Shown: in pieces, positions 24,931 through 38,994 of the stretch
Layout of the letters: every line of letters starts with the position of its first letter
How positions within the stretch are numbered: position 1 is the first letter of the stretch
Source of the DNA: Parasitella parasitica NRRL 2501
Lineage: Eukaryota; Fungi; Mucoromycota
Assembly: GCA_025201805.1 (NCBI GenBank)
Contig: MU619272.1
Coordinates: forward strand, 68,515-132,514
DNA: 64,000 nucleotides
Direction of reading: 5' to 3'
Notes under the pieces: generated by a model
The model's database searches: none
What the model saw: only the letters and a program-made list of their open reading frames with translations
Told to the model about the DNA's origin: nothing
Position numbers and translations under genes: made by a program

Positions 24931-26883
24931 ATGCCTTTCATTCCTGCCACTCGAAAAAGAACGCTTGCAAAACCACAGGAAGACCAACTGCAATGGAATC
25001 TAACAAAAGGGCATTACAAAAGACAGTGCCGCGAAATACCGTACCCTAGGAAACATTCCAAAGCTGCACTAACCACTGAATTTATTGCCAACAAGTTTGT
25101 ACAGTTTTTATTCAATACACGAGAGGTATATATATACCCATAGTACGAACACTTTCACCAAATTGCTAAATGCTGTAGTTGTATAGGAAAACGTAAAGTT
25201 AGATCAGTTGGCTGTAGACATCGCATCTCTCTATCAAAGCGTTGCTTTTTCATCAGTACAATTCAATAAGATTATCAGCGAACAAGCAATAAGCACTGTC
25301 CGTTTGCTTGAATATTATTACAAGCTTTTTACTCGTCTCAAAGTATTGGCTTTAACTTTGTCATCCATATTACAGCATGTCAAAAACCTGGATGAAGCAA
25401 TAGTCGAACTAATCAGTCATGATGAGTATATCGCTGCTGGTAAGTATGCAAGCGCTCCAAAACAATCAAATCTCTAACATCAAAGCATATAGCTTATATA
25501 CCACACCTGACAGACGAAAAACTGAACGAGTTCTTCGAGATAGATGGCAAACAATTAACAAACTGGTCATCATTTATGAAAATTAGCAATGCTCGACGAT
25601 TACACATCATTCTGGAGCATCACGCTTCAACATCGTCTCCTGATCAGCTGAAAAATATCATGATTCGGTTAATGAGCTTTCACAAAGTCCAGCCTAAAAC
25701 TAGCGATGAAAGCCTCAGTAAATGCTATTATCGACAGTTACGATCTGTCAAGGAATTCTTGTTTGGCAGCAAACACACACAAACGAAACAATACGACTCT
25801 TTTCTTGCAAAGAAACCCGTTTTTCTGTTGATTTCGAGCTGGTTTTTTGAATTCAACTCGAAATCTAATATCATCTTTACAGATTTTATATCTCAAATCG
25901 TCTCTGTGGGGTCTAGTCTTGAAAATGTGAGTATATTTGGATTTTCGTACATACGTTTAGGGCAAGCTGTTAAGTCATTATTTATAGGGATCTGAGGTGA
26001 TGGACATTTCCGTCTTACTGTATTCATATTTTACAGCTTGTAAAGACATAAATACCACAGAGGAAGGTGTTTTACATATTTTTGACATTATTGGAGCTAT
26101 CAACAATGCTGTTAAGCAATCGCTTGAAAGAGATGATCAGAATGACCTCTGCACTATATTAGCAATAGCCCAAATTGCATTAGAACATATGCATACATCT
26201 GTGGGATACACTTATGCTAGTTGGTTTGAGGTATTTATTTACTGTGATTCATTACATCACACATCTAAATCATTTCTTGGTAGTCCTTATTTATAAAACG
26301 CAGCTCAACTATATTGGATAAAAGGATGAGCACAGTGTTTATCAAGACGCTACAACAAATGATATTATATGAAATACCCAGTGTCCTCCAAATACATGGA
26401 AGAGCATTGTTAGACTGTACGACTATTCCGAATTCACAGCTTTATGTATCTAGTGCTCGTAAACGATTGCTAGAGTTAGGAGTAAGAAAGGTGGCAATAC
26501 ATGCAACTGAATTGTTAATTAATATTCATGTCGTATGGAAACTCTAGGTAGACCGCCACTTAAAGAGCTATCCAATATCTTTGAAGACTCCATTACGATT
26601 AGACATTATCACGGATGACAACTCCGGCGAGGGAGACGAAGTAGGAGAAATCATACAGCAGTTTATGCAAAAGGACAACACTGTACCGGTATCTCTGCTT
26701 CATGCTCATGTATTCAAGAAGCAGTGGTTTATGTCCACATTCTTACCGACACTATTGGATTGGAAAGGGCGAAATGTAGAAGCTCGAGATAAGCTAATCA
26801 TAGCTCTCAGAAAGATGAATAAGGTTCCGGATAACTTATACAAATCATTTGTACAGCAGCAAAAGCAGAAGAAAATCGCATGA
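24931..26883 (+). CDS. FANCA: Fanconi anemia group A-like protein (N-terminal FANCA domain only), multi-exon
   Basis: YASWFE...VFIKTLQQMILYEIPSVLQIH...YVSSARKRLLELGV and VPVSLLHAHVFKKQWFMSTFLPTLL...IIALRKMNKVPDNLY align by eye with recalled human FANCA segments ([60 protein letters not shown]). Confidence 0.75.
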
Positions 26884-29802
26884 TATATAGAAAATGAGCT
26901 TAATCTACTATTTAGTCAGCCATGGGTGTATATATTAGTAGAGTCTTTGAAAGCTCTGGATCAGATTTATGGTATCCATGTAATCATATGGTATTCAAGT
27001 TTAATGGTATATTGTCAATACTACAATTATAAACAATACTAATCACACAAATTAGTTGACTGCAGGTGATTGCTTATTTCTAGTTTACTAGAAAAAAGAC
27101 ACGTTTGAAGTAGCAATGCCTATCATAGCGACGTACCAAGGGGGTCGACTATAAAAAACATGTCAAGTTTTGATCAAATAAAAGTTATAAATCAGATGAC
27201 ATTATACCCGCATAATGTTTTTGACGTTCGATCTCGGTTCTGCGATTCATTTAGCAGACGTTATTAAGACCAAGTGTCTGAAAATGTCTCTTAATTATAA
27301 AATTAAAAATTGTTTTTGCACATAACTTTTGATAAACATGTCACCTGAAGGTTATCAAGTTATACTCAGATAAAGCCTTGATCATATCTGTGGAATCGGT
27401 ATAAATTGTTATATGGATTCACGGAAAAAAATTATAATAAAAAAACAATAAAGTCAACTTGATAAAGGTATAGGTTTTATTATCAAATCGACAAGTGTAT
27501 AAAGCTCCCGTTCATCTACTGGCCAGGTAGATGAACCTTTATATTGTGGATAAATGTTCTATTCTCGCAATTTAACATGTACGACAATACTGCGTAACTA
27601 GCATCTTAACTTTATGCTAACCAACATATCAGCAGACTCAAGATAACTTAAATCTATTTGAGTGAGGAGATCGACTTTACCCGAGGTAATACCCTGATCA
27701 ATCTTCTATGCGAAGATTATTAATATCGATCCATAAACGTATATCATTCCTTGTATAGTCTTATCCAGTCTATATTAATAGTACATGTCTGAGTGTATAT
27801 CACTTGGTATTCATCTTAGCATATATCGGTATATGTAGCATGTCTATAGCATGTCATAAGCATATCTATAGCATTACACATATTGTACAAGTCTGCAGTA
27901 CATGATGTATCTGTAGCTAGTATCATGGATATAAGTATATGTCTTGTAGTGCGTATCTAGAAACTGGGAATACGCATCTGAAGCATAGATCTTATATAGC
28001 ATTAGCTCGTAGCATATACTAAATCTAGTAAATGTCTAAGGCTCGTGTCGAGATATAAGTATCAGGCTATAGCGTCATCCATTCTAACGGCGCCGTCTCT
28101 AGCTTATATCTTATATAGTATAAATCTGTATTGCACATCTTATTATCTGTGCGCATATGTAGTTTATATCAATTTAAGGTAACTGGATGAATCTAGAAGT
28201 AGAATGCAGATCATCATAGTGAATGTATTTCACAATATCAGTATAATAAAAGGTTTAACAGGCTTTATTTTTCTATTTATCCAAGGCCAATCAGCGATTA
28301 TCCCATGAAATTTTGATAGATATTAATAAAAAAACAATTTATAGAATTTTCAAATAATCATACCACTTGTTTGTTACGTTAATAAGCAATAATTCCCATC
28401 AATACATTTCTTCAGCTCTCTTACAAAAATTTTATAACCTATAAAAAAGGAGGAAGTAACTTTTAATAAGCTCCAAAAACAAAAACTTCAATTGCTGATA
28501 GGTTACTATAAAGAGCAAAATAAACACTGTCTTATGCGCCATAAGTACAGGCATGATCATCGCTATCTGAGCATAACTTGATTTCCACTGGGAAATGTCT
28601 CTATCAAAAGTTATCTGCAAAAACACTTTCGCGTTTTTGGTGTCGGAATTTTAAATTTAAAATTACGTGTTTTTATTGGCTCAGGCTTGCTCAAAGAGAT
28701 TTTTTGACTTCTTATCAATCCTAATATCAGGTATCTAATGGGGATATACTCATCTAATGTGAGTAAGGTTTGAGATCTTGTAGTGTATTTTATTATGGAC
28801 AGATAATGAGATTATAGTTGGTATCATTTCGTTGAAATCATGTACAAAACTACTTTTCATTTTCATGATTTCAAACAGTTGTCCATAGGTTATTCTAAAG
28901 AAGCTGTAGAGCCTTGATCGAGCTTAGTGACTATAGCGAGAACCCAGCGCTATGGAATAAAAGCATTTCTATCCTTCATGAAAATAGATTAATAAAAACG
29001 ATTAGTTTACCACTAGATACAAACCATTAATGTTTTTGATCGATAAAAGTTGTCTATAATTTATAGAATAAATTTTGTCAATGAAGATTATATCACAGTA
29101 TTAGTCAGGGCAAGACCTGTTTATATCTAATCAGCTAATCATTATGAATGTGAATCATTCATTAATAAGTTTAGCTTTACAATTTAGATTAAGTAGGACT
29201 CAAACAGATGGTTTCTTATACAACCATTCTGTCGATTACTTCTATTTACCACATAGAATAAGCGGCGACATTTAATCTTGAATCTTATCAGGAATGGTTG
29301 CCATGACAACCGAGGAGAAATGATGTTAACCATTGTTTGTTATGGATACAGCAATAAACAATGGATTTGTTTTGTCTCAATATAAAAGCCTTGGCTAATA
29401 TAGTTTGAAAAATGGCAAAGTTGATTGATATAATCTTGTGTTGTCGTGGTAAATTACAATATTATATTTGTAGCAATACTACTCTAATATTATCAGCCTT
29501 ATGCCAGTAGACAACTGTTTCAAGTGAAATTAATTGTGAAAAATAAACAATATTTCTTGACTTCAGCTGTTGTTATGTTCTCAAGCAACTTCTTGCTCTT
29601 TGCGTTTACCGGTTATTACGATCGCACCCAACCTGCTATTTGTTATTACAGACAGCATCCGATGACGTGAATTTAAACAGAAATTTTGTTCCAAACTCTC
29701 AGAAATTAACAATAATATTGTCATCGAACAAAGGTTTTAGAAAAAAAGAAAGTGTACAAAGCTGGTTTCTTTATTATTTATATAAAGATATATGATGGAT
29801 AT

Positions 29803-31802
29803 TTAAAACTTGAACTCCTTCTTTTTTCCCTCTTTTCGAGCATCTTGTGTTTTAACTTTTTTAGCTTGTCTACTAGCATGTTCAGCATACATATCTGACA
29901 AATCCTCGTCATTCCCACTATTAGGTAATTTAGCTTTCATTTGAGCTTCATATTTAGCACGCAAGGTAGCTTCATCTAAGCCGCCCTCTAATTCACTTGG
30001 ATCAATAGCGACGTCCACATTATCTGCTTTACGTTTTCCTGTCTGAATTCTGCCTGTTGGTGGTGGTGCAATTGGTTTATCCACTGACGATAGATCGTAG
30101 CCATGCTGAGACCCCATGAAACCAGTAATGTTCTTCGATACTTCAGGTAATACTTGATAAAGCTGCTTGGGACCTTCATCTTCCTCTCTCTTACGATCTT
30201 TACGAAGCTCAATGTGATCTGGTGTTTCCAACCCAGAGGCAATAGAGGCCATGCCTGAAGGCGTAACGAGTCCATCGGCAAGATCTTCAGAGGTAGACGC
30301 CTCTTGTTGTTCCTCTTGCTCCTCCTCTTGCTCATCTTCCTCTTCGCTCTCTTCCTCCTCTTCCTCATATTCTTCTTCTGATTCAAGTTCGCCCCAAAGC
30401 TGTTTGTCAACAGGTTCTACAATTTCTGGTGGAGCAGCTGTGGGTTGAGACACGCCAAATACATCGCCATAAAGAGGACGATTATATTCATCTACGGGAG
30501 GCCGACCCCATCCACCAGGATGATAACCCCATTGAGCACCCTCAGGTATGGGTGCATTCAAGCCGGCAATTTTCAAGTTAGGGTAACTGGGAGGTGGACC
30601 ATAACGTTGCATGTTGATAAGCCAAGGAGCAGGAGCCAACGGAGGCATATTTAATGCTTCTTTCAATTCTTCTGACAGCTGTCCAGGTTTTTGTTCCTTG
30701 AGTTTGGTTTCGAATTCTTTTCCTTCGTAATATAGTTCGCCATGTAATGTGTATTTGCCGCGAGTTTGGAATCTGAAAAAAGCATCATGCAACTTTTGAT
30801 AATCGATATCCAATTTTCCCATTTTGGGTGCAACCTTCTCCTTCATCTTACTTTTTAAGCCTGCCGCACTTTCTTTCTCTTTCACTGCATCACGCATTTC
30901 CATGATACCTGTGTCCTTGATGAAATCTGGAAAGGAAAAGTTATTACAAAAGTAGGCGATAATTAACATTGTGTATTTACCAGGCAATTCCCATGGTGGT
31001 TTTTCAATACCACGCTTTCCTTGAAGATATTTACGCTTCATGCTCCAATGAGCAGGCACAGGCACAGTATTACGATATGATTTCAAGGCAACCAGTAGCT
31101 TAGGATCACTGGCTGTGACATCCCACCACTGAAAATCATATATAGTCAGTGAAATGCTTGATACTATTCGAAAATTTACACTACCTCCACAGTCTCTGGT
31201 TTTTTCACAAGCTGTTTCAGTTCTGCCACAGTCAAACGCTGAACCTTTTTCAACTTTTTCTTTGAAAGAGGCTGGTCGTCCTTTTCCTTTTCCTCTTCAT
31301 CTGAATCGCCTTCGTTTACGTTTTGTTCTGCAGTGTTGTCTTGAACAGGGAATTCCTGGTTAAGAATATACTTGAGTATATAATAGACCAAATCCACCAA
31401 ATAAGCAGAAACTTACCTCGTCATTCTCTTCAGGCTTTCCATTCTGAAAGTGCTTAAAGATGTCCGAGAATTGCTGAAGTGTGTTTTCGTCAAGATTTGA
31501 CATGCCATCCATGTTTTTCAATGCAGACATATCAACGGGCTGAACAACGTATTCGATCTGAACATCGTCGAGAGCATCTTCGTCCTGTTTCTGCTGCTCC
31601 AATTCCTATTTTCTTACAGGTCAGAAAACGCAGAAAAACACGTTTAGAGAATACTTACAGCTTTACGTTGCGCTTCTTCCTCTTGACGCTGTTTCTTGCT
31701 CTTCTTTTTGTTTCTCTTTCTCATCTTCTGCTGCATCTTCTTATTAACTGCCTTGTCATCCTTTGTAAGAGTGTCATTTATTACAGGAGCAACTGCAGAC
31801 AT
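29803..31802 (-). CDS. SF3B2: Splicing factor SF3B2 / Cus1 (SAP145)
   Basis: Motifs LTVAELKQLVKKPE, NTVPVPAHW, LDIDYQKLHDAFF, PWLINMQRYGPPPSYP and C-terminal KKEFKF. Confidence 0.95.
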
Positions 31803-31996
31803 TGTTGAAGAGTTGAATAAAGAGACGCTCAAAGGTGACCTGGCTTGTCCAAGCCTTTTACAATGAAAAACATTATTGAAATGACGCAAATACCATGTCA
31901 CGATACCCTGCCAGAAAGAGGAGTCTTCCCTAATTGAAAGAAGAGAAGGGGGTGATATTCTTAATCTCTTTTATTTCAGCTTGCTTACATTTTGCC

Positions 31997-33452
31997 ATGA
32001 CACAACCTCCAGAGCCAGGTCAAAGCAGCAGGCTACCTTCTTTTCCGCTTGCATTTTTCTCTATTGCAATGGATGGAGGAGGAAAATACCCGCCATTCTT
32101 TGATGTATGTCGTTTTTGATTGTTTGATTGTGTTGTATAATCTCATGTCGTTTTTGTTTCTACACCATAGGCTTGTATTGCTGGCGGTATAGGAGGATCA
32201 ACGGCTGATTTCATCATGCATAGGTATGAGTTGGATATGTTGAATGGTTGGGAAACCCTCTAATAAACAAAACAGCGTGGACACAGTGAAAACTCGGCTT
32301 CAAGGGCAGCCTCACAGTCGTGTGCAAAAGTATACAAGTATGGTACAAGCATACAAATTGATATTCAAACAAGAGGGGGCAATGAGAGGATTATACGCTG
32401 GCGTGACACCTGCCATGATTGGATCAAGTAAGTGCCAACAAATGTCAAAAGGGATCTACATGAAACTTACTCCCAGAACCACACGCAAAANNNNNNNNNN
32501 NNNNNNNNNNNNNNNNNNNNAAAAAAAAAAAAAAATTAAGTCCCTGGAACAACGCTATATTTCGCCATTTATGAATTAACAAAAAGAACATTGAATGAAG
32601 CAAATGTGCCCGAAGTTGTGTCTCATTTGACAGCAGGATCGTTAGGCGATTTAGCAGCATCTTTCATATACGTCCCTTCAGAGGTTTTGAAAACTCGGTT
32701 GCAACTGCAGGGGAGATACAACAATCCACATTTTGTAAGCGGATACAACTATAAAAACACATGGCATGCTACAAAAATGGTCAGTTGGAGAAAAAGAAGT
32801 AAAAAATTTGAACTGCATAGAGAACTCACGTCTTTTTGCTTTGCATAGATTGTTAAATACGATGGGTTTGGTGCATTATTTCATGGATTCAGAGCGACCA
32901 TTTTAAGAGATGTGCCCTATTCAGCAATACAGTTTGCATGTTATGGTAATTGCTGCAATCACACACTGAATTGGAAGAAAGTTACTAACAAATTGTGTAG
33001 AACAATTCAAGAAATTTGCTCAAAACAAGTGTATAAAACCTGGAGAACATTTGCCAATTGGAATCGACATGCTAACGGGTTCACTCGCAGGCGGCATTGC
33101 TGGCGCAATTACAACACCATTAGATGTAATGAAGACATTATTGCAAACACAACAAAGCAGTACAGCTACCAAAAAGAAAGCTTCGCCTGCCACGCTGCCA
33201 ACTACAGCAAACACATCCAAGCTCATTGAACCACCTGTCAAACATTACAGTGGCATTATGGATGGCATGATTTGGAACTATAAAAACCAAGGTTTAGCTG
33301 GTTTGTTCAGAGGAATTGGTCCCAGAGTTTTTTGGACTAGCCTACAAAGCGCAATCATGTTTGTTGTCTACGAGCAAGTTTTACATGTACAATCAAAGCT
33401 AAGAGAAAAAGATGAATGGCCTCCATCAAAAATCGTCGAAAAATTCGTGTAA
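31997..33452 (+). CDS. Mitochondrial carrier (SLC25), Mme1/YMR166C-like; spans an N gap in an intron
   Basis: Three carrier signatures: MHSVDTVKTRLQ, VPSEVLKTRLQ and TPLDVMKTLLQ. Alternative start at 32069. Confidence 0.88.
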
Positions 33453-33819
33453 TATATAACCCCAATCTCACAGTTCATCTCTGAATACCTTTTTTTTTTC
33501 TGCCACAAATGACAACAAATTGTATTATAACGTTTCGAGCAGGAATAAAAAAAAACCAAATAGACCTGTATACATTTAATATAAACCCTTCTCCTCTCTT
33601 TTTTTAAATAAACTCAATAAACTACTAGTCAAATATCCTTACACTGAGTGACACTTGCAATAGGCAGCAAGTTGCCTCGCCTCTTTCCAAGACATTTTGC
33701 TATTCTAATGGCAATTATTGTCTTGGATGTCTTGCCTCTTCAATCACATTGTATCGAGATATATGCCTGGTGAGTTGTTACGCAGATTTATTGGAAAGAA
33801 ATCAGCAAAGATGCACACA

Positions 33820-36800
33820 TTACAAGTCTGGTAATGCAGTCAATAAACTCTTTACAATACGTCTACCAGCATGAAGATTTAGTAGACGAATACGTTCATT
33901 ATGCAAATGAGCTTGATCTGACGACTGGCCGAATGGAATATGAATAGCAGGCGCATTACAAAACTTCTCCAGCCAACGCACAGCAGGGATCGAGCCACCC
34001 TCTCTTATGTAAAGAGGCTTCATATTCCATTCATTATAAATAGCATTCTCGACAGCTTTAAAGTACTTTCCATTTAGATCACCAAGCCAATATTCTGCTG
34101 CGCTTTGGATGTTTACAGAAATAGAGTTGTCGGATTCAGTGCTTTCGTAAAACACCCTTTTCACGTATTCTTCGAATTGGGCACAAATATCTGTAATAGT
34201 TTGATCCGGGACTACGCGCATACTGACGGCAGCTTGCGCGCTACGGGGAATGATAGTAGGATTATTGATGGAAACGTCTATTTTGTGCACCGTGAGAGTA
34301 GGATATCTCCAACGAGACATCAGCTGTTGCTTCATCTTGTCAGCGTCTAAAACTTCGTTATTCGCTGCTGCAATTTTACACTGTGTTTCGCAGCCAGTTT
34401 GTTCTTCTGCTTGTCTTCCTCCCTCACTAAGGTTTGGAGATGTAACGGTAGAATGATGAGCGCGCGTACTTGATTGTGCAGTCTTGGAAGTGCGCATCCA
34501 TTCCACAATAGGATCATACAACTTTTCCTCGGCCTCTGTTACAGGTCGAACTTGATTGTAAAATCCCGGAATCAGCACCTTTTTGTCACTATCTACAAGT
34601 CTTCCCAGTACGTGGATCAAGTCAATTAATGGTTCAGATACAGCGCCTCCCTCTACACCAGAATGAAGGTCGGCACGCTTATTGCAGATAGAGATAGTGG
34701 CATGAATTACACCTCGCAGACCATAGGTGATGCAAGGTACGTCTTCTCCTAGCCAGTAAGAATTGCTAAGCAGCACCATGTCAACGTCTTTGAATAGTTC
34801 CTTGTTTTTGTCTACAGCCTCATAAAAGCCAACGCTGCCACTCTCTTCCTCGCCCTCAATCAGAAATATGACATTGACATCCAAAAGCCCTTCCTTTAGT
34901 AGCTCATTCACAGCAAAAATGGTTGCTAAAATAGGTCCCTTTGATATCAAAATTACGATTAGGCTCAACCATGTACCCTCGTTCTTGCATATTACCTTAT
35001 TGTCGCTTGTTCCACGGCCATAAAGGTATCCATTCTTTCCTGTTAGGCTGAAAGGATCGCTTCCCCATAGATTCTTTTCATTGTCTGCAGCAATTACATC
35101 GTAATGACCGTAGATTAAAACTGTCGGAACACGCTTTTCTGATGACCTCTTTCCTGTAAACTTGCCATACACCAAGGGATTGCGACCAATGGCACCAGGA
35201 ATCTAACAAAGTTTTAGATTGTGTGCAACACTTGTACATTGACGAAAATGCCATAGTCTCACCATCCGGCTCACAGCTCCCAATTGCTGGAGAATATTCT
35301 TTAAAAATCGAGCACCTCTTCTGCATTCCTCCATGTACTCTGGATTTCCACTCACTGTACGCATTGCAATCCATTTTTCGAGCACATACAGCATCGTATT
35401 ACTTGAAGGAACGTCTTGAATGCTTCCGCTAGGTCTTCTAAAAGATTCAAAGCAGCTATGCAAGGCGGATGGCATATCCCAAAATTTGATTGTATGGTCA
35501 TTGCTCCCTGAGATCAGACAGCTCTCAGTGCTGGTTAATGAAAGCACAATGCCTTGATGATCGCTCAAGCTTTCTTTGAACTGAAAACCCTCAGTCCAGA
35601 TTTTGATAGAGCCGTCAGCAGACGCGCTTACAAATCCTGAACCTCTGATTGAAATCGCCAATACATCCTTGGTATGTGCCATGACAGAGCGAATCATTTG
35701 GTGCGTCTCTAAATCCCAGATTTGAACATCTCCACCCTGAACGCCGCAGAACAGGTATCCGTCTTCAGAAAGAGCTAGGCACAGAATGCCCTTGTCCAGG
35801 TTGCCTTTCAATGTGTGCAGTAACTTGATACCTGATTTGTCAATCGTCCAAATCTTGACATTGCCGTCTCCAGACCCACTGATGAGGACTTCACCCTCGA
35901 CGTTAGGAATGTCTTTGGCATGCAATAGGCAGTAGATATAACCATCATGAGCATTTCCGTAAACGTTCCTCTCTCGAATGACACATTTAATGACATTCTT
36001 GTCCAGCTCTTGTTGTAGTCGTTCATATTCGTCGTCAGCCTCCTCGCCATCTTCAAAGAAATTGATGCCGTTTCCCATCTTTCGAGGCGAATCAGGGATT
36101 GCGGGAATATCCAAGGTCGATCCATGGGTTTGAGGATCAGCAAAGTTGTACCACTGTCAACGAGAAAGCCAGCCGTCAGTGCACATGTGCCAAACAAATA
36201 TAGCTCTTGTACAAAACTTACTTGGATGCTCGTATTTTGGCTACCAAAATAAATCGTATTGTGTGTGTCCGAATAGCATATCGAAAATATATCACCGACA
36301 TCATGGCAAGATTGGATGAGGTAAGCGCATTTCAATGTTTCGGTATTCCACACCTATTTATGCAAGTTGAGACGAGGGTGGTTAATTCGTATCCCCGTTT
36401 TCGATACTTACTCGGACAGTGCCATCGCCAGAGCTGCTGAACAAATACTGCTCGTCTTCCGATAGCGTCAGACCAAGCACGCTTCCTCTATGGCCTTTTA
36501 AAATGGTAACCAAGGTAAAATTTTGGAGATCCCACACCTGGGCATTTTGAGTCATCCAAAATGCTATCACATACTAATTGTTTCGTTTTCTTTTCGCTTA
36601 CATGAATTTGAGAGCTCTGACTACCGCTGAACAGGTATTTATGACTAGCTGCTAATGACAATACTGAATTTCTATCCTCTTGGGAAATTGTATGAATGCA
36701 CCTTGTAGGATATAAAGGCTTGCTGTTGGATAATTGAGAAAGACTTCCTACATGTGATACATTAATAGCAGATCATACGTTGGTTCTGTTGCCATACAAA

Positions 36801-36844
36801 CCTAACGGGATTGGGCTTTCTGTCCTCAAGAATGGTGAATCCAT
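33820..36844 (-). CDS. DUG2: Dug2: WD40 + M20 peptidase (glutathione degradation)
   Basis: N-terminal WD repeats, then IYGHYDV, LYGRGTSDNKGP, IEGEEESGS, DLHSG and REGGSIP. Confidence 0.92.
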
Positions 36845-37076
36845 TGTTATGTGTATGTAGCAGAAGAAGCAGAAGAAGAAGAAAAAAAACAAAAAACAAA
36901 AAAAAAGCCTTGTATGAAAGAAGAGGAAAAAGATTGAGGTGAGCTCAAGATGTCAACAAGGTCAACTATGAGCGGAGATGTGCATCAAATGAGTACATCG
37001 ATAGCCAATTATACTTTGATAAAGGCAAGGTACCCCCCCTTCCTCCCAAGAGTCACAGTTGGTTGTCCTTTTCTTT

Positions 37077-38931
37077 ATGTTTATTAATCGATATCGAGCC
37101 ATGTCAACGCCAAGATCATTAGCAGCTCTACTTAATCGGCGCTGTGTTTCCCTTGACAGACATTTGTTACAGCGAAATTTTACTCAATCTGGTATGACTG
37201 AGACAAAAAGAACATTTGTCCATCCATAATGTCCTAACCTCTGCTCGTAGCAACTCGATGCGAAAGAAGTCTCAAGTACCCTCGTTTCGACATACAACCA
37301 GAAAAGCACGGAAAATGGATTACAGCTAAAGACTTACAAAAGTACCAGCCATTGGAGAAAGGCAAAAAGGCCGAAGACGATCTCGTTACCCTGACAGGCC
37401 GAATTATATCGAAAAGAGAGTCCAGCGCAAAGTTAATATTTTACGACATTGTGCAGAATGGCGAGTCGGTACAAGTGGTAGCCTCTCGAGGACGATTCAA
37501 TAGATCCCCGGAAGAGTTTGCGGATAAGAATAGAGACCTTTGCCGAGGCGATATCGTATGTAAGTAATCTGCAGATCAGACAAGTGTGAAATGTCTCTCC
37601 CCATTAACTAGACCAGCATTTACGGGTATTCCCGGCAAAACAAACCATGGGCAATTGAGCGTATTCGTAACCAAGGATATGAAGGTGCTGACACCATGTT
37701 TGAAAGACATCCCCCGAACAGGCCTCAAAGACCCAGAGAAAAGATTTCGTGCCAGGCACTTGGATTTATTAGTCAACCCGGAATCGTCGAAAATTTTGCG
37801 GACCAGATCAAAAATAATCAAATTTATTCGAGATTTCCTTGACAAGCGAGACTTTTTAGAAGTAGAGACTCCAGTTCTGTCAGGAAAGGCTGGTGGAGCG
37901 AACGCACGGCCCTTTGAGACCCACGCTCACGCATTAGACATGGATATGCAGCTTCGAATTGCACCCGAATTATACCTGAAACAATTAGTCATTGGAGGAA
38001 TGGATCGAGTTTTTGAAATCGGAAAGCAGTTTCGCAACGAAGGGGTTGACGCAGACCACAATCCAGAGTTTACCACGTGCGAATTCTATCAAGCATTTGG
38101 GAATCTGGAGAGTTTGATGAAGGATACAGAGGCATTGCTGTCGGAGATGGCATCTGCTGTCTGCGGATCAGATCAGATCATTACTAAATCAGGGGAAAAA
38201 ATCAGCTTCAGTGGTCCCTTTAAAAAAATCAACGTAATGGATAGATTAGGCAGTGAATTGGGCACGTCATTGCAGTTTTTAGAGTCTGAAGGTATTGTTT
38301 GGCTTCGAAAAGATGGAAGTGAGGATTGATCCAGTTCTTTATAGATGCGTTATCCCAATTGACCTCGCTTTGCCAACAGAGAGGAATCATGTTAACTGGT
38401 CCATTGACGATAGGACGTGTCTTAGATAAGCTTATTTCCGAACTTATTGAACCAGAATGTGTACAGCCTACATTTTTATTCAATCATCCACTTGCACTGA
38501 GTCCATTAGCCAAGGATGCCATTGATGACAAGGTTGGTTTTATCCTTTCGTACATTGCTATTTTGCCACTTTGCTACTTTGCTACTTTGCTAAAACTTGC
38601 AATTTAGGGCCAGACAGTGGCAGCAAGGTTCGAACTATTCGTCTGTGGAAAAGAAATTGTGAATGCATATGAAGAGTTAAACGATCCTAAAGAACAACGC
38701 AAACGTTTTAGACTGCAACTCCAAGATAGACAACATGGAGATTTAGAGGCGCCTTTGCCCGATACAGACTTTTGTGATGCTTTAGAGTATGCATTACCTC
38801 CAACAGCTGGCTGGGGAATGGGAATTGATAGAGTCGTGCAATTGATGACAGGCGCTACACACATTCGTGAGGTATTAGCGTTTCCAGTAATGCGCCCAAA
38901 TAGTCTTGCCAACGACCGAAATCAAAATTAA
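37077..38931 (+). CDS. Class II lysyl-tRNA synthetase, probably mitochondrial
   Basis: Motifs [35 protein letters not shown] and [12 protein letters not shown]. Arg/Ser-rich N-terminal presequence. Confidence 0.92.
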
Positions 38932-38994
38932 ATATAATAAATACTTTTTTTTTTTTTTTTTATTTCTCATACAGTGGCCAGAGACAGCCCATGT

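Noticed and set aside
31847-31870. U5 snRNA loop-1 motif GCCTTTTAC
   Set aside because: No enclosing stem or Sm site, and it lies in a short divergent promoter.
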